A DNA stretch of 64,000 nt, from positions 62,001 to 126,000 of the forward strand of contig NIVC01002770.1 of NCBI GenBank assembly GCA_002269645.1. Direction: 5' to 3'. Origin of the DNA: Macrostomum lignano. Lineage: Eukaryota. A program made the translations under genes and the position numbers. Shown here piece after piece: positions 1-12,369 of this stretch. How positions within the stretch are numbered: the first letter of the stretch is position 1; each line of letters starts with the position of its first letter. The notes under the pieces were generated by a model, which was not told where the DNA came from, ran no database searches, and worked only from the letters and a program-made list of their open reading frames with translations.

Positions 1-601
1 GTTAAAATGCACTATTACGAGTTAAAAAACCGAAAGATTTAATTTACGCTAAAAAGTGAACTTATTTATATATTTTCCACTCAACACAAACTCTTCTGCG
101 TGATTGCTTGAAGTGCATGCCAGTGTGCACGCTTTTTTGTTTGGAAGGCTATAATGCACACCCGAATTTTTTATAGTAAGTTAGGTTTCAGTTTTGTAAT
201 AAAATCACATTGTAATGTGTCCGCGGATACTCAGAAGCAATGCAGTGGAAAGGCATTAAAAATGAATTAAAAACCATTAGCAGATATTCCCATTTTTATG
301 ATTTTTTCGTATTAAGATATAAAATGAGTTTTTTTTTGCATTATAAGGCAAGGTTACATGTAGCTGTTGGATCGAAAATCATGCCGTCTTCATAATTTAG
401 CCCATTCCGGCCATAAATAATAAAAAACATATTTTTAGTATCTGCATTTGCCCTTCCCTTAGATTTTTCCTTGTTTTGACGATGAAAATTTTTACTTTGC
501 AAAATGGATCTAGCACTAGAACAATAATTGACGTAAAAGTTTTTTTAAAGTTTAAAACTATTTATAATCTATCCATGAGAACCATGAAACTAATCCATGA
601 T

Positions 602-2561
602 CCGGAAATAAGCACGGTAGTGGTGACGGCAGCTAGCAAGACGCTGCCTCTAATGCAACCTGCAGCCCGTAGTCTCCCGGTCTGGGCGAATGACAAGGAG
701 GTTCAGGAGGCGAGGCGGACAGTCGAGAGGCTGCGATGAAACAGGCGACTGACGGCCGAGGCCGAGAAAACCCTGGCGGACGCCTACGCCAGACGGCACC
801 AAGCCGCTGTTGACGATTGCATTCGAAGCGTCACCTCTGCGGGGCTCGACCAACGGAATCGGTTTATCTGACCCACAATCAACGCCCTGACTAAGAAGAC
901 GGCGCTGAAACCTGACCGCGATACACCAGAGAGGCGCGCAGAAACGAGCTTGCGCAACTTCTTCGCTGATATTGTCAACGCGCCGCCACCGCCTCTGCCA
1001 TAAGCAATGCCATTGCCGCTCGAGACGGACTGCTGCAGGAGAATTTCAGCACTCAGCCAGTGACCAGCAACGACGTAGTGCAGTTTGCTCGCCAGGCGCC
1101 GGGAGGTCGCGCCCCCGGACTAGACGAGGTGCCTATCGAGGCGCTACGAGTCACAAGGGTTGCCACTGAGGTGGCCCGCGTGATGAACGATCCGTCCTCT
1201 CGGGAGGTGCCGCCTCCCGCGAGTGGACAACCGCAAACATCGTCGTGATCCCAAAGAAGCCAGGCACGACACAGAAGGAGGAGCACAGCGGGAGCTCGCT
1301 CATGTCCTGCACCGCGAAGCTTTTCAACCGCGTGCTGCTAGCTCGGTTGCAGCCTGTGCTGGACCAGTTTCTGCGCCCTGAGCAGAACGTGTTCCGTCCA
1401 CATCGCGGTACGGTGACGCAGATCCTAGCCCTCCGCCGCATCATCGGGGAGGTGCGTCCATCAGTCAAGTCTCGTAGTGATTTTCATTGACTTTCTCAAG
1501 GCTTTCGACTAGCTGGTTCGCGGTGCGCTGCCTCTCGTGCTTCGCGCATACAATGTACCGGAGCAATTGATTTCCGCCATCATGGCGATGTACTAGGATA
1601 CGACCGCTTCGGTGATGACGCCAGATGGACTGTCGGACGTCGTCAGGCGTCGTCAGGTACGTCGTCAGGCGTGCTGCAGGGTGATACTCTGGCGCCTTTC
1701 TTGTTTGTGCTGGCTCTGGATTGGGTGCTGCTGAGGACCGGCCTGCCCAACACGGTTGACGGCTTCCTGCTGCGAAGACGCACGAGTCGGCGGCACCGGG
1801 AGAAGCGGCTCTCCGTTCTCGGCTACGCGGACGACCTCGCGCTGCTGTCATCGTCGGCTGAAGGCGCTCAGCGGCTGCTGGATGGCCTGACGGCAGCAGC
1901 ATCGCGAGTCGGCCTCATGCTGAACGCGCGGAAGACGGTAGTCTTCACATTTCCCGACCTGCCTGCCGAGTTCAGCTACCGAGACACTGCCGGGGAGGCA
2001 ATTCTGCTTACCCGTTGCCAGCGGTTCCTGTACCTCGGCGGCCTCGTGCCGGACGTTGCCGACGACCTGGTGAGACGCCGAGGACTGGCCTGGACCGCGT
2101 TTCGTTCTGTGCGCTCCGTGCTCCATTCTGAGGCCCTGGATGACGGGCTCAAGGCTCGGCTGTTTCAGGCAGTCGTTGAGACTGTCTTGTTGTACAACGC
2201 CGAGACCTGGACCCTGACGGACGCTTCGGAGAGGCAGCTGGACGCGGCCATGCTGCGTGCGGCGTTCGGAGTGCGCAGCGGTCCAGGCAGCGAGACCAAC
2301 GCCGCGCTCTACACGAGGGCACGCCTGATGCGGCCTTCTGACGAGGTGCTGCTGCTCAAGCTGCAGGGACCGTGCAGGCGAGGCCAAGGGCGAACGGCGA
2401 GATACCCTGACAGGCTTTTGACCGATGCTGGCGCCCCGGACCAAGCTGGGGGGGGGGGGGTGACTCTCTGAGGGCTATGGCCCAGAGACGCGCTCTCTGA
2501 CTTCTCCCCCCTTTCTAGCCACTGCGTGGCTGGCGGTGAAGTACTTTGTTGTTGTTGTTGT
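602..2561 (+). mobile_element. 5'-truncated, decayed non-LTR retrotransposon (RTE-like LINE), reverse transcriptase region
   Basis: RT motifs spread over broken frames: IPKK...SLMSCTAKLFNR, EQNVFR, FIDFLKAFD*, LQGDTLAPFLF, YADDLAL. Stops and frameshifts are present, plus an internal cgtcgtcagg triplication near 1640-1670. It ends in a (GTT)n tail at ~2547-2561. Candidate 9-bp TSD ATCCATGAT at 593-601 and 2562-2570. Confidence 0.85.
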
Positions 2562-3300
2562 ATCCATGATATAAACGTTACGCGTGTTTGCCCTGTCAAC
2601 AAGTTTCACACGTGGCACGCGGCTGATAGGAGTTATACATGTACATTACGTATAACTACTAAAATATCATTACACATACACGTATTTAGCACTGCATTTT
2701 AATAACCTGTCGGCAGAATCTTGCGAACGACGGCTCCTAACTGTATGGGGCTCGGAGGAAGAAGAAAAATATTATTGGGGGGGGGGCAATACAAGGGCAA
2801 ACTCTGATATTTTAGACGGAAAAGCCTAATCGGAGAATAGAGACTAAATGCAAGAATATTAATATTGATGTCATTGAAAGGCAATGACCCTCTCCAACAA
2901 TGAGCAGGCAATTTCCCTCTTTGCCCTCCGGCTCCGCCGCGCCCGCCTATTTTATAACCCTCTACCATAAATGTACACGCACAAGTACGAGCGTAGGGCA
3001 TGCACATGTGCACGGATTGAAGTATTTTTCAAACAGTTACGCAGATTTAATTATTGTGCATCGGAATCATTCACTTTCATGAGCATTCAACTTTGTTTAG
3101 CTACGATCGAAGCGTTGGGGGTGCTTAAACTATACTTATTTCGCATTCTACACTACTTGTATACGTTAGCTATAGTACTGCTAGTTATAAAGGCTTATGG
3201 AAGGGTATTTTAGGTAGATACTCGTGTACGCTCTCACAATGCTATTTATAGTTATTCATAAGTCGTTCGAATAGTGTTTAATTATTACGGTATTCTTCTT

Positions 3301-3900
3301 CTAGTGCGAAACTGTTGTGCCCCCAGTTGTTGTGTAGTTCCTTCGGCCTTTGGTCTGATAGCTTGTATTAGTCCTGTCCTGGACAGAGTTGCCACCAGTT
3401 GACAACATGCCCTCGTCATTGGGACGCATATCCGTCTGGTCGACGCAGTCGCTGTCTCGACGCCGGAAACTTTCCATGAACTTGGCGTACTCATCCGCGG
3501 GAATAAAGTGCAACGGAGTGCTGTTCAATGCGCAGTTAATTTGGTTGGCAACGAACTCAGTCAAGTTAGGAAAATTATGAAAGCCAGACCGCATCAGACG
3601 CGAGTAAACGACATTGCCATCGATTCGAATCTCAAGAGCCATCTTGGGCAAGATCATATCCACGGAGAATCGCACCCGTTGGACGCCTTTGAACATAGAA
3701 AACAACCTAAACAGGTGGTAGTTGTGCCACCTGCCCCACTGCTCGTAGCAGGTTTGAATAAGTACCATAACTGGGGCACTTACTATGACGGATTCGTTAG
3801 CCTCAGTGTTGTAGGCATTCTGACGGGCGCTGCTGGTCGCATCCTCGATTATGCCCAGCGAGTTGCGGCCAAACTGAGAAGGCAATGCTGAGTCAGGCAT
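3301..3900 (-). CDS. 199-aa intronless ORF with an Rdx (SelW/SelT/MIEN1)-like thioredoxin-fold core and a degenerate redox motif
   Basis: VLIQTCYEQW...ALEIRIDGNVVYSRLMRSGFHNFPNLTEFVANQI resembles the Rdx pattern (V/I-x-Y-C-x-x-C/U...FEI-x-ING-x-LVFSK...GFP). This is recognition by eye only. Confidence 0.5.
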   Translation of the reverse strand: MPDSALPSQFGRNSLGIIEDATSSARQNAYNTEANESVIVSAPVMVLIQTCYEQWGRWHNYHLFRLFSMFKGVQRVRFSVDMILPKMALEIRIDGNVVYSRLMRSGFHNFPNLTEFVANQINCALNSTPLHFIPADEYAKFMESFRRRDSDCVDQTDMRPNDEGMLSTGGNSVQDRTNTSYQTKGRRNYTTTGGTTVSH

Positions 3901-5653
3901 GTTGAAGTACGTCGTAAGTGCAGGTAGGTGTATCGTGATTTATTTATCTTATCTCTTGCTAATTACGGGCTATCAAAAAACTATAGCTTGTAAATCAAAA
4001 CCAGCGACATCTGCTGCGTAGAGAGAGCTTACGCTCGTATCGTTGAAAGTCTATGGCAATTACGAGCTAAGTCAATGATCCAGCTCTGCGACGGATCTTT
4101 GGGCGTGCATTTTTGCCCAAGCCGAACAGCTGATTAATGGCTTATAATTGATCTCACGCCTCGCGTGTATTACAGTAATAAAAACTACTAAAACGCTGCT
4201 TACTAACAACAAAACTGCTAACGTAGTCATGTAATCACTCGCACTCTAGTCACGATGTTTTTAGTGCCTCCTCTGGCTTAGCAACTTTCGACGACGTAGA
4301 AATGACGGCTGTAGGCTCGTCAGCAACCGGCAGCACATCCACGGTGGTCATCGTAGAGACGATGGCTTTGGTGGAGTGCAGCGTGCTGAAGATGCGTAGA
4401 TGATCACGAGAATCCAAGCTATGTGAGGGTCGACAGCACTGCTGGAGTGACCCGTGATACATGCAATGTCACTGCGTTCGTTGGACGTCAGCTTGGTTGC
4501 TAAGCTCAAACATATCCATGACGTCTTTCACTCTTCCTTTTCTCTCCTTTCCCTTTCTTTATGTTCGCCTTTAGCCTTAGGTAGTCTCCAGAATTTATTT
4601 TATGGTTGAATTTTCCCTCCCCTTCCTGTCCTTCTCTAATTCGCCTCGCATCTTAATCGGTTTCTGATGGTTTCTGATGGTCTGTGGTCATCTCGTACTT
4701 AATAATGTGTGAAACTTAATGAAATCTCCGTAATACGAGCGAATCAAACGTCATGACATAAGATTTCGACTTTAAATCTCACCCAAACATCCCATTCTAT
4801 CCTCATTCTTGTTACTCGACTAAATCCTAGAAGGTAAAAACCTAGATTTCACATCCCGTCTCCTGCGCGATTCAGTTTGTATCAATCCTTATGAAAAGCC
4901 CTTCCAAAGGCAGCGGGGATTGCATGAAGCAGGTGCAGCCGATTTTTATCCTCTAGAGTTTCACCGTCGCAAATTCGGAGCCAATGCAGGATCGAATCGC
5001 TGAATCAATACAGACGAAACTATAAGCGCACGAACCGAAGCGACTTTGCTTACTTTGACGTACTATACGCGACGGCGACGGCTGCAGGGTGGGCGGACAG
5101 ACATCATGGTAGGTTAAAGTAGCAAAATCCTTCCTGCGAAGCAGAGGCGAATTCGAAGGGAAAAAGCAGAAATCTGAATCGGCACACAGTCAGTGCTCGG
5201 CTCTGGCGCTCTCGGATTGGCTGAATGGCTATCGACATGCCAGACGCTTTCTCTGGGGCTCTCTCATCTAGAGCTCTCTCGCCGCACTGTGACAAGAGAG
5301 TGGAAAGCCGGGGAGTGAAAATGCAATAAGGGGTTAGAGAAAATTTTTCATTGCGAGATGCTTGCTCGATAGGAGAAATATCTTATTTGCCTCTATGCTC
5401 CGCCCAACCCAAGGCGTCCCTCATTCGCTCAATCCCTTTCTAGCCGCTCTTTTTAATCCTATCCGCCTCTGTGATCTCCCATCTTCGAGTTCTCATTAGA
5501 AAATAAACGGCACGAGCCTCTCCGTCTCTGTGAATCCAACCAAAGCAATCTAATTGGGTTTGTTTTTCTTCCTGCTTAGGACGACAAGTCATTTTTTGCT
5601 ATTCAAGTCACGCACGCAGACAATTGAAAATCAGCTTGTTGCTCTTGTTGCTG

Positions 5654-5779
5654 TATAAAAACTCGAGCCAGTCAGATCGAAATCTGGTTTGAACACATCT
5701 TGTAGGTTCGGGTAAGTCAAACGCATTGCTTTCCTCAATTAGCAGAAGATTGACGTTCTGTTCTCAATCGCACAGACCG
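5654..5779 (+). promoter_or_regulatory. TATA box and 64-nt 5'UTR intron upstream of the 336-aa gene
   Basis: TATAAAA at 5654-5660; donor G|GTAAGT at 5712; acceptor CACAG| at 5775; ATG at 5780. Confidence 0.55.
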
Positions 5780-6790
5780 ATGGCGTCAGTGCGTCCGATC
5801 GGCAATCGAGAGCACCTCAGCGGTAGTCTCCGCTCCCTTACGGCCGCACTCGCCCAGCTCCGGGTTCACCTCATCCGGTGCGGAGCGGCCACCGCGCCAG
5901 TCGTCAGGGCCGGCTGCAGCAGCAGCAGTAAAAAAAGCAACAAGCAGGGCCTCTGCGTGGATACTCAGCACGGCCGGGACAAGCTCTGCCGTCTGTCCGA
6001 GCGCCTGCTCGCGAGCGTTCGCTCGGCTAGGGAAGCGGCTAGAGGCAGCGGCAACGGTGGCAGCCAGGAGACCTTGGCAGCTCTGGCGCAGGCTGCCAGA
6101 CTGGCCGCCATCTCTCAAATCCGAGCCGCCAATCTCGTTGACCGATTCGATGCCGCTGCGCATGGCGGCTCGCCGGCCACCGCCTCTGCAGCCAATTCGG
6201 TTGCTTCTGCGGCTCCTTCGCCAACTTTCGGCGTCCCGCCGGCTGCAGCAGCCGCCTCTGGCACTGCTGACCGAGAAAGTCATCGATCGCTGCACTCGTC
6301 TCTGTGCAGCAGCTCGGCCGGCAGCGGACGGCGATCGCGCACCCCCGACGCTGCCGCCAGTATCGACACGGTCGCCGTCGTTTTCTCTACCTGCTCCGGC
6401 AGCCTGTGGGCGGACGCTCGCGCCGTCTGGATGATAGCGGCTGAGCTGGACCCGGACAACCGGTTGGACAATCCGGACACGGAAGCCGCTAACTTTGACG
6501 CCGAAGATTTTTTCAACGGCGACAAGAACAGAGCGGCTGTCGAAGAGGCGGAGAAAGCGGCTGCTTCGGCCAAGTCTGACGAACTGCTGCTGATCGATGG
6601 CGACGAGAACTGCGACGCCGAGTTGAACGGCAAGCAGCTGCAGCTGACAATGATGTCCAATGGCGGCGGCGCCGCTGACGGCAGATCGGGACAGAACCGT
6701 CTGGCTGATGAGAAGGCCGGCGGCGGCGGCGGCAAAAGCGGCAGGCTGGATCCGCCGGCGCGGTTCAGTCTGTGCCTGCTGTGCAAGTAG
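5780..6790 (+). CDS. Hypothetical Ala/Ser-rich protein (336 aa), single coding exon, ending FSLCLLCK
   Basis: Long GC-rich ORF with host-like codon usage, directly preceded by TATA, mini-intron and ATG. No family recognised. Confidence 0.65.
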   Translation: MASVRPIGNREHLSGSLRSLTAALAQLRVHLIRCGAATAPVVRAGCSSSSKKSNKQGLCVDTQHGRDKLCRLSERLLASVRSAREAARGSGNGGSQETLAALAQAARLAAISQIRAANLVDRFDAAAHGGSPATASAANSVASAAPSPTFGVPPAAAAASGTADRESHRSLHSSLCSSSAGSGRRSRTPDAAASIDTVAVVFSTCSGSLWADARAVWMIAAELDPDNRLDNPDTEAANFDAEDFFNGDKNRAAVEEAEKAAASAKSDELLLIDGDENCDAELNGKQLQLTMMSNGGGAADGRSGQNRLADEKAGGGGGKSGRLDPPARFSLCLLCK

Positions 6791-7240
6791 GCACACAGAA
6801 GCGGCATCGCTCACCAACTCTTGCACACTCAACTAAATGTAACTTCGAATGCGCGTCTCTACCTGTGAGAGACCGTAGCTTCAGCGTTTAAGACACCTTT
6901 GCGAATAAGATACGAGTACATTTCGATGCAAATCTCTCTGTCTTTAGGCATTATCTCCGGTTTTCTATGCACGAGTTACCTGTCAAAATGGGACTCTTTC
7001 GGCTCAGCTCAGTTCCTACTGAGCCTTCGGCCCTAATCCTGTTCTGCTTAATTTTCACAGCACCATCCGCGGTCTCTTGCTAAGCCTCTCTTTAATTTAT
7101 TTCGTCTTTGCACGGGCTGGGAAACCTGCAAGTTAATCCTTCAAATATGAATATGTAGATGCAAGATGCTATTAACAAGATTCAGTTATTGCTCTCCGAT
7201 TAATATACTTTGTGCGAGTAATTTTTTATACCTCTATCAT

Positions 7241-8756
7241 TCATTCGGGCTTCTGGATAAGATTCTCCCGAGATGCGACACTCTCTGCTTCAAGCCTGTA
7301 ATCTTTCTCTCGGTTGTTCGTTTCTTCAGTTAAGCGCAAATCCAAGCCTTTCATTAGAGCAGCAAATTCTTTGCGATAGACAGAGACAGACAGAGACAGA
7401 GGATATCCAATGAAGAAGAAGAAGAGCATGAGCACCTGCAGGAGAGGCAGCCGGATTTCTGTTATAATGATGGACAAAGCTTGATTGCAAGCCGTAGTCA
7501 CAGCAGAGCGCTAGACTAGGGCAAATAAGAGGCGAGCAGTGAACAAGAAAATTGCTGGCGTCGCTGCGAGAGAGAGAGAAAAAGAGGGAAAAGATTGCAG
7601 GGAATACGCGACAGGAAAAATTGCTTTTTCACTTCCCCATCCCCCGGCAATTTGGCCTAGTCATGAGCTCGATTCCCAACCAGATTCTCACCTGCAGCGC
7701 CCCCCCCCGGGATTTGCGCTTGTTATTGCCTGCCTGCTGTATAGTTCTCAGCTGAATGGGGAGTGGGACTTCGGCATAGGGGAAGGGGATTTCCAGCTGG
7801 CTAATTACCGATCCCCAGCGATGGCGGATCAGCTTCACATCTGGCTCGACACGGTTCGATTGCGACAGGCGTCGCGGGTCAGTCAGAAACTTCACTAATC
7901 AGCGCAAAGCTCATTTCTGCCTCCAATTAGGGACTGATAGATCTGCCTTTGTGCCGGAGTTTTCCCACTGGCCCTTTGATTTGCAGGCAGGATATGCTTT
8001 CAGTGTTCACCAGGCAGCAGAGCATTATAAAGCTTAAAACGTCACATAGAGACGGTAAGCAATAATTCGACTTATTACCATTAACATAACAAAGTACCTT
8101 GTCCTCGTAATGGAATTCTTAACTCTTCTAAATTGGGAGAAAAATTTACCAGAAGTCGAAGGCTTTCAATAAAATTTCCCACACGGAGGAGTTTTCTTAA
8201 TAAGCCTGCTTAACTGTTCCATCCAAACTCTTCCAAATACTATTGAGGTCGTCTCAGTAATCATTCTCTTTGATAGTTTCCAAGGACTTCTAAATAAAAT
8301 TTCACTGTTAAGCAGCCTTAATCAGCACTGAGAGCATTGTACACGACGAGAAATTGTGCAAGCAGAGCTAGAGAAAGAGCGAGTACAGTTATTAGACTCT
8401 CTCACAATATCGCACAATCATTCAACGGCTGCAAGTGGCATTCATATTTACTCGCTTTTTCTTCCTTCCAAGTGAGCGAGAAGAGAGGTAGGTTGGTGAC
8501 AGACAGATAGAGCCAAAAAGCAGAGCTCGCAGGCCCCCGCTCTGCTCAGCCAATGCTTTTTTGCCTACCAAAAGCGCTGAGCGTAGACTGTCGCCCTTAG
8601 CAACTAGCCACCTTCCCACTCCCTACCTGGCTGGCCCTCTACCAACGTGTACAAAAGCTCTGTCCTCAAGCACCCCGGCAGTATTGTACGCGCTCGCCTT
8701 CTGCACGTCTGGACAAGGGATTCCTGCGCATTTTTATCCTCTATCCTGAGCAGCTG
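7241..8756 (-). CDS. Putative small single-pass membrane protein gene (exons ~8756-8627, 7894-7692, 7435-7241)
   Basis: Phase-compatible splice sites: CCAG|GTAGGG at 8626, GATTAG| at 7895, CAG|GTGAGA at 7691, CTCTCCTGCAG| at 7436. Hydrophobic segment ALQVLMLFFFFIGYPLSLSVSVY. No in-frame genomic ATG and no recognised family. Confidence 0.3.
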
Positions 8757-8841
8757 CTAGAAGCAGAGCTAGAAAGCTTCAGCTGCTTTCTTCATTAAGT
8801 AAAGCAATTGCTAAACGATAGTTAGATTGTCAGAGTCGGCG

Positions 8842-11800
8842 ATGTCTGTCCAGAAGCAGCAGCAGGCAGCGCTGGGCCAGTCGTCGCAGCTGCCCGACGT
8901 GTCGGAGCTCCTATCGGACGCCCAGTCGGAGTTGACGGCGCTTCGCGAGCGCGTGGCCGACGCGGTCAGGGCTGGGAGCGCCGCCGACCAGGCGGAGTTA
9001 CGCGATGCGCTGGCCAGAGTGGAGGAGCAGCTGCGGGCCCGCTCGCTGCAGCTGCTGGAACGGATCGACAACCGAGTGCGCGCGGTGCCGAGCCTGGAGG
9101 ACCAGCTGTTTGAGTCGCAGAGGCTGCAACAGCTGGACCAAATGCAGTGGCAGCAGCTGCAGCAGGAGGCTTCGAATGTTCAGCAGCCTTGGATCAGCAG
9201 CCTCAGCCCTGGCGAGCAGTGGAAGCAGTTGCAGGCATTCAAGGCGCTAGCCGATCCCCACAATCCGTTCAACCGGCCCCTCATGCGGGACCGGTACGCC
9301 GTGGCCCTGCCCCGACTCGGCGGCAGCCAGGCCTCCGAAGCCCCGGCCGCCGCCATCGTTCGCGGATCAAACGTTGACAAGCCCGCACCGTTGCCGCGTG
9401 CCAACCGCATTGATTCGTCAATGCCGCCGCCGCCGATTACTGAGGATGATGCTCGTCGTGGCATCCTATCGCTAATGCAGCGTGGGTTAATTCCCCCAGC
9501 CTCCAAGCTCACTCTGGATCCCAGCCCAATCCGACAGCGGACCATGCTCATGCACGACCCAGCTGAGAGACGCGACCAAGCCGACTCCGATGACGTTGTG
9601 CGATTGGCACGGCGCCTCTGCGCTGTGAAAACCGATGCTAACTCGGTGAAGTCTTCCCAACAGAAGGAGCAAAAGCAGAATCCGCAGCTGGGATCCGCGT
9701 CCGGACCGCCGCCTCCGTCAACCCCTACTGCCATGGCAATGGTATCGCGATCCGTATCAGCTTCGGCAACAGCGGCGACAAAATTCGTAGTGCAGAACGG
9801 GCACGCCAGAACGGAGGCGGCTGACTTCAAGGCCTTTCGACAGCGCTACTGTCTCGATTGGGGCTCCGTGGCCTCTGCCATCCGCGAAATGGAGCAGTGG
9901 CTACAGGCTTACTCTGTGCCTATCGCTTTTGTTAACGGCGAAAAGCTGTTTGAATTGGCGATCTGGTATGAGCTCGAGGGCCGGATTAGCAACAAGTGGG
10001 AACTGCTGGATTGCCTCATCAACCGGGAGGATGTGCAGCGCCTGGTTGAACAGCCGGGTCGCCGGTTCACCGGACCAAGCGGTCGAGAGCGGGCCAGCAC
10101 TATAATCCAGGCTGTCTGGCGGGGCCATCAGAAGCGTAAAGAATATAGGTAGGTTTGTGTGCCAGCTACTATTAGTAGTTTCGCTAACGCTTGTTATTGT
10201 CATTGTTTATTGTGTAACAACATTCGCTTTCATTATCTCCCCGCACAAAAACAAGGGAGTACAAGCGAAAAAAGTGGGCCGCCGGAATCATCGCTATCGA
10301 ATGGATCTTGCACCTGCGCCTGCTCAACATCAAGGGTCAGCTGAAGGAGACTCGTTCGCGCCAGCTTGACGGGTACCGGCGCCGATTCGCTAATTTGGAA
10401 GCTAGCTGGGACAACTGGCGCACCGAGCGGCGCACCATAATCCACATGCCGTCTCTGGGCTATCCGCAGCACATCCGGGATAACATCAAGGGCCTTGGAC
10501 GACTGCAAAATACCCAGATGGCTCGTCTGGGCGATCTTCGGGATCCCAACATCGACGTCATTTTGGTTAGTCCTGTACCAATGAGCGACGAGATGCTTGC
10601 TTACTATACCACGCTCACTGGAATTCGTGGCGCTGTGGAGTCTGGACAGTTGGAAGATCAGCGCGACATCAGCGACCGCTATCGAATTATTGTACCGGAG
10701 GCTGTTAAAAACTTTCCCCAGCACAACATGTGCCTGTCGACGCTGCTAAAGTACTCCCCTAGGGCGCTGAACCGAATTCGCAACCTGGTGCGCGGCCGCA
10801 GGGCCTACATTGTGCCAGGCTTTCCCTGCTCGGACGACCTGGCTGTAGCGGATAAACTCGATCTTCCGATTCTCTGCTCGGAACCCGAGGTAACAGAACT
10901 CTATGGCACAAAGTCCGGTGCCAAGCGAGTCTTTCAGGCCGCCAGTGTGCCAACGCCACCGAGCGACTTTGACATTTACTCGTCTGGACAGCTGCAGGAC
11001 TGCCTGGCTCAGCTGATTACTGAAAACCTGAGCGTTCGACGCTGGCTGCTCAAAATGGACACGGAGTTCGACGGCCGCGGCATCGCCTACTTGGACGCCG
11101 ACCGGCTGCCCTGCTACGAATGGGCGCTCCGAGAGCGGCAGCGCTTCGGTGAAAACTGGAGCCAGAAGTGGGCTCAGGAGAAAGTCTACCTGAAGGTGTC
11201 GGAGGAGCTACCAGCTCTGCTGCGAGCTCACGGTCGGGTCGCCTGTCCGGAGGCCTATCCGAACTGGCAGGACTTCATGAACGAGTTCACAAGCCAGGGC
11301 GGGATTGTGGAAGCCACGCCACCGACTGAGGGCATTGTAGCCTGCGTCACTGTGGACCTGTGCATTGAACCAACCGGAAACATTCGAATTGTCAGTTGCG
11401 GGGATCAGGTACGTCCTGACGGGGACTTTGCAGATACTCCTTCAATTATGCACTAAAATTTAGTCAGCCATCGATGAAGTTGCACGATACATGTACCTCT
11501 GAATTATCTATACTAATACTCTTAAGTATGGGGTACAGTTAAAGGCCTCAGTTTGGTTACGTCTGCTCCAAATATGAGAGAAAACTGCTGGATTGTGCGC
11601 CGAAAAAAGCTTCTAATTTATAATATCATTCCAGGTGCGCAGCACAGAACGGCCATACGCCTGCTTAGGCGCTTCCTTGCCTCAGTGCAGCGCCATGCCA
11701 TCCGTGTTGAACGACCTGTGCGAGCGCATTGGCACCGCCTGCTGGGAGAGAAAAATCTTTGGACACCTCAGCGTCGACTTCCTCGTGTTTGAAGACCCGG

Positions 11801-12369
11801 AGACCGAGAAGCAGACGGTGTGGGCAACTGACCTGAGCCTTCACTACAGCGACAGTGCCGCGATGATGCAGCTGCTACTGTTTGCAACTAACGGGCGGTT
11901 CAACCCGTTCGATCATGAGCTAACTGTGGCCATGTCGCCCGCAGAGAAAGCTGCGCTGGACAAGAAGACAAAGAAGACTGGATTAAACATCCGGGTGAAA
12001 GGTCGCCAACGCTTTGCCGCCATGTCCACCCGTCTGTGGCATTCCAACCTGGCTGCTGTGCACTACTCAGTATTCTTCCAGACCTGCAAGGCGCAGGGAA
12101 TTGGCTATGACGTTACGGATAAGACTGGCACCCTGTTCTGCCTGGTGGACTCCTTTCAGCGGGACTGCCTGTGCATGCTGACTCTGTCCGATGACGTTTG
12201 CTCCAGCTTGCAGTTGTTTGCCAAAAACCTGTCAATGATTAATCAGGAGATAACCACGCCTGAAATGAAAGGCCGCACGAACTTCCAGGGTTTGGCTGCC
12301 GATCTGGATGAAGCTATCGCTGTTGAAAAGACCAAAGAATCCTCCAGGCCGCAGTCGACAAAGGAGTGA
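8842..12369 (+). CDS. IQCH: IQ motif-containing protein H homolog (~1064 aa; exons 8842-10148, 10256-11408, 11635-12369)
   Basis: IQ motif IIQAVWRGHQKRK followed by KWAAGIIAIEW, RTIIHMPSLG, KSGAKRVF and WLLKMDTEFDGRGIAY, matching IQCH architecture. GT-AG introns join in frame (phases 2 and 0). Confidence 0.9.

Noticed and set aside
4250-4519. Minus-strand ORF with an in-frame TGA (…RTQ*HCM…) near the Rdx-like gene, a possible selenoprotein
   Set aside because: No UxxC/CxxU context, no recognisable fold, and no SECIS identified by eye.
5786-6832. 348-aa antisense ORF, and similar shadows at 9180-9830, 36045-36644 and 46781-47554
   Set aside because: Stop-poor reverse frames of GC3-rich genes. 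Splice signals and homology support the opposite strand.
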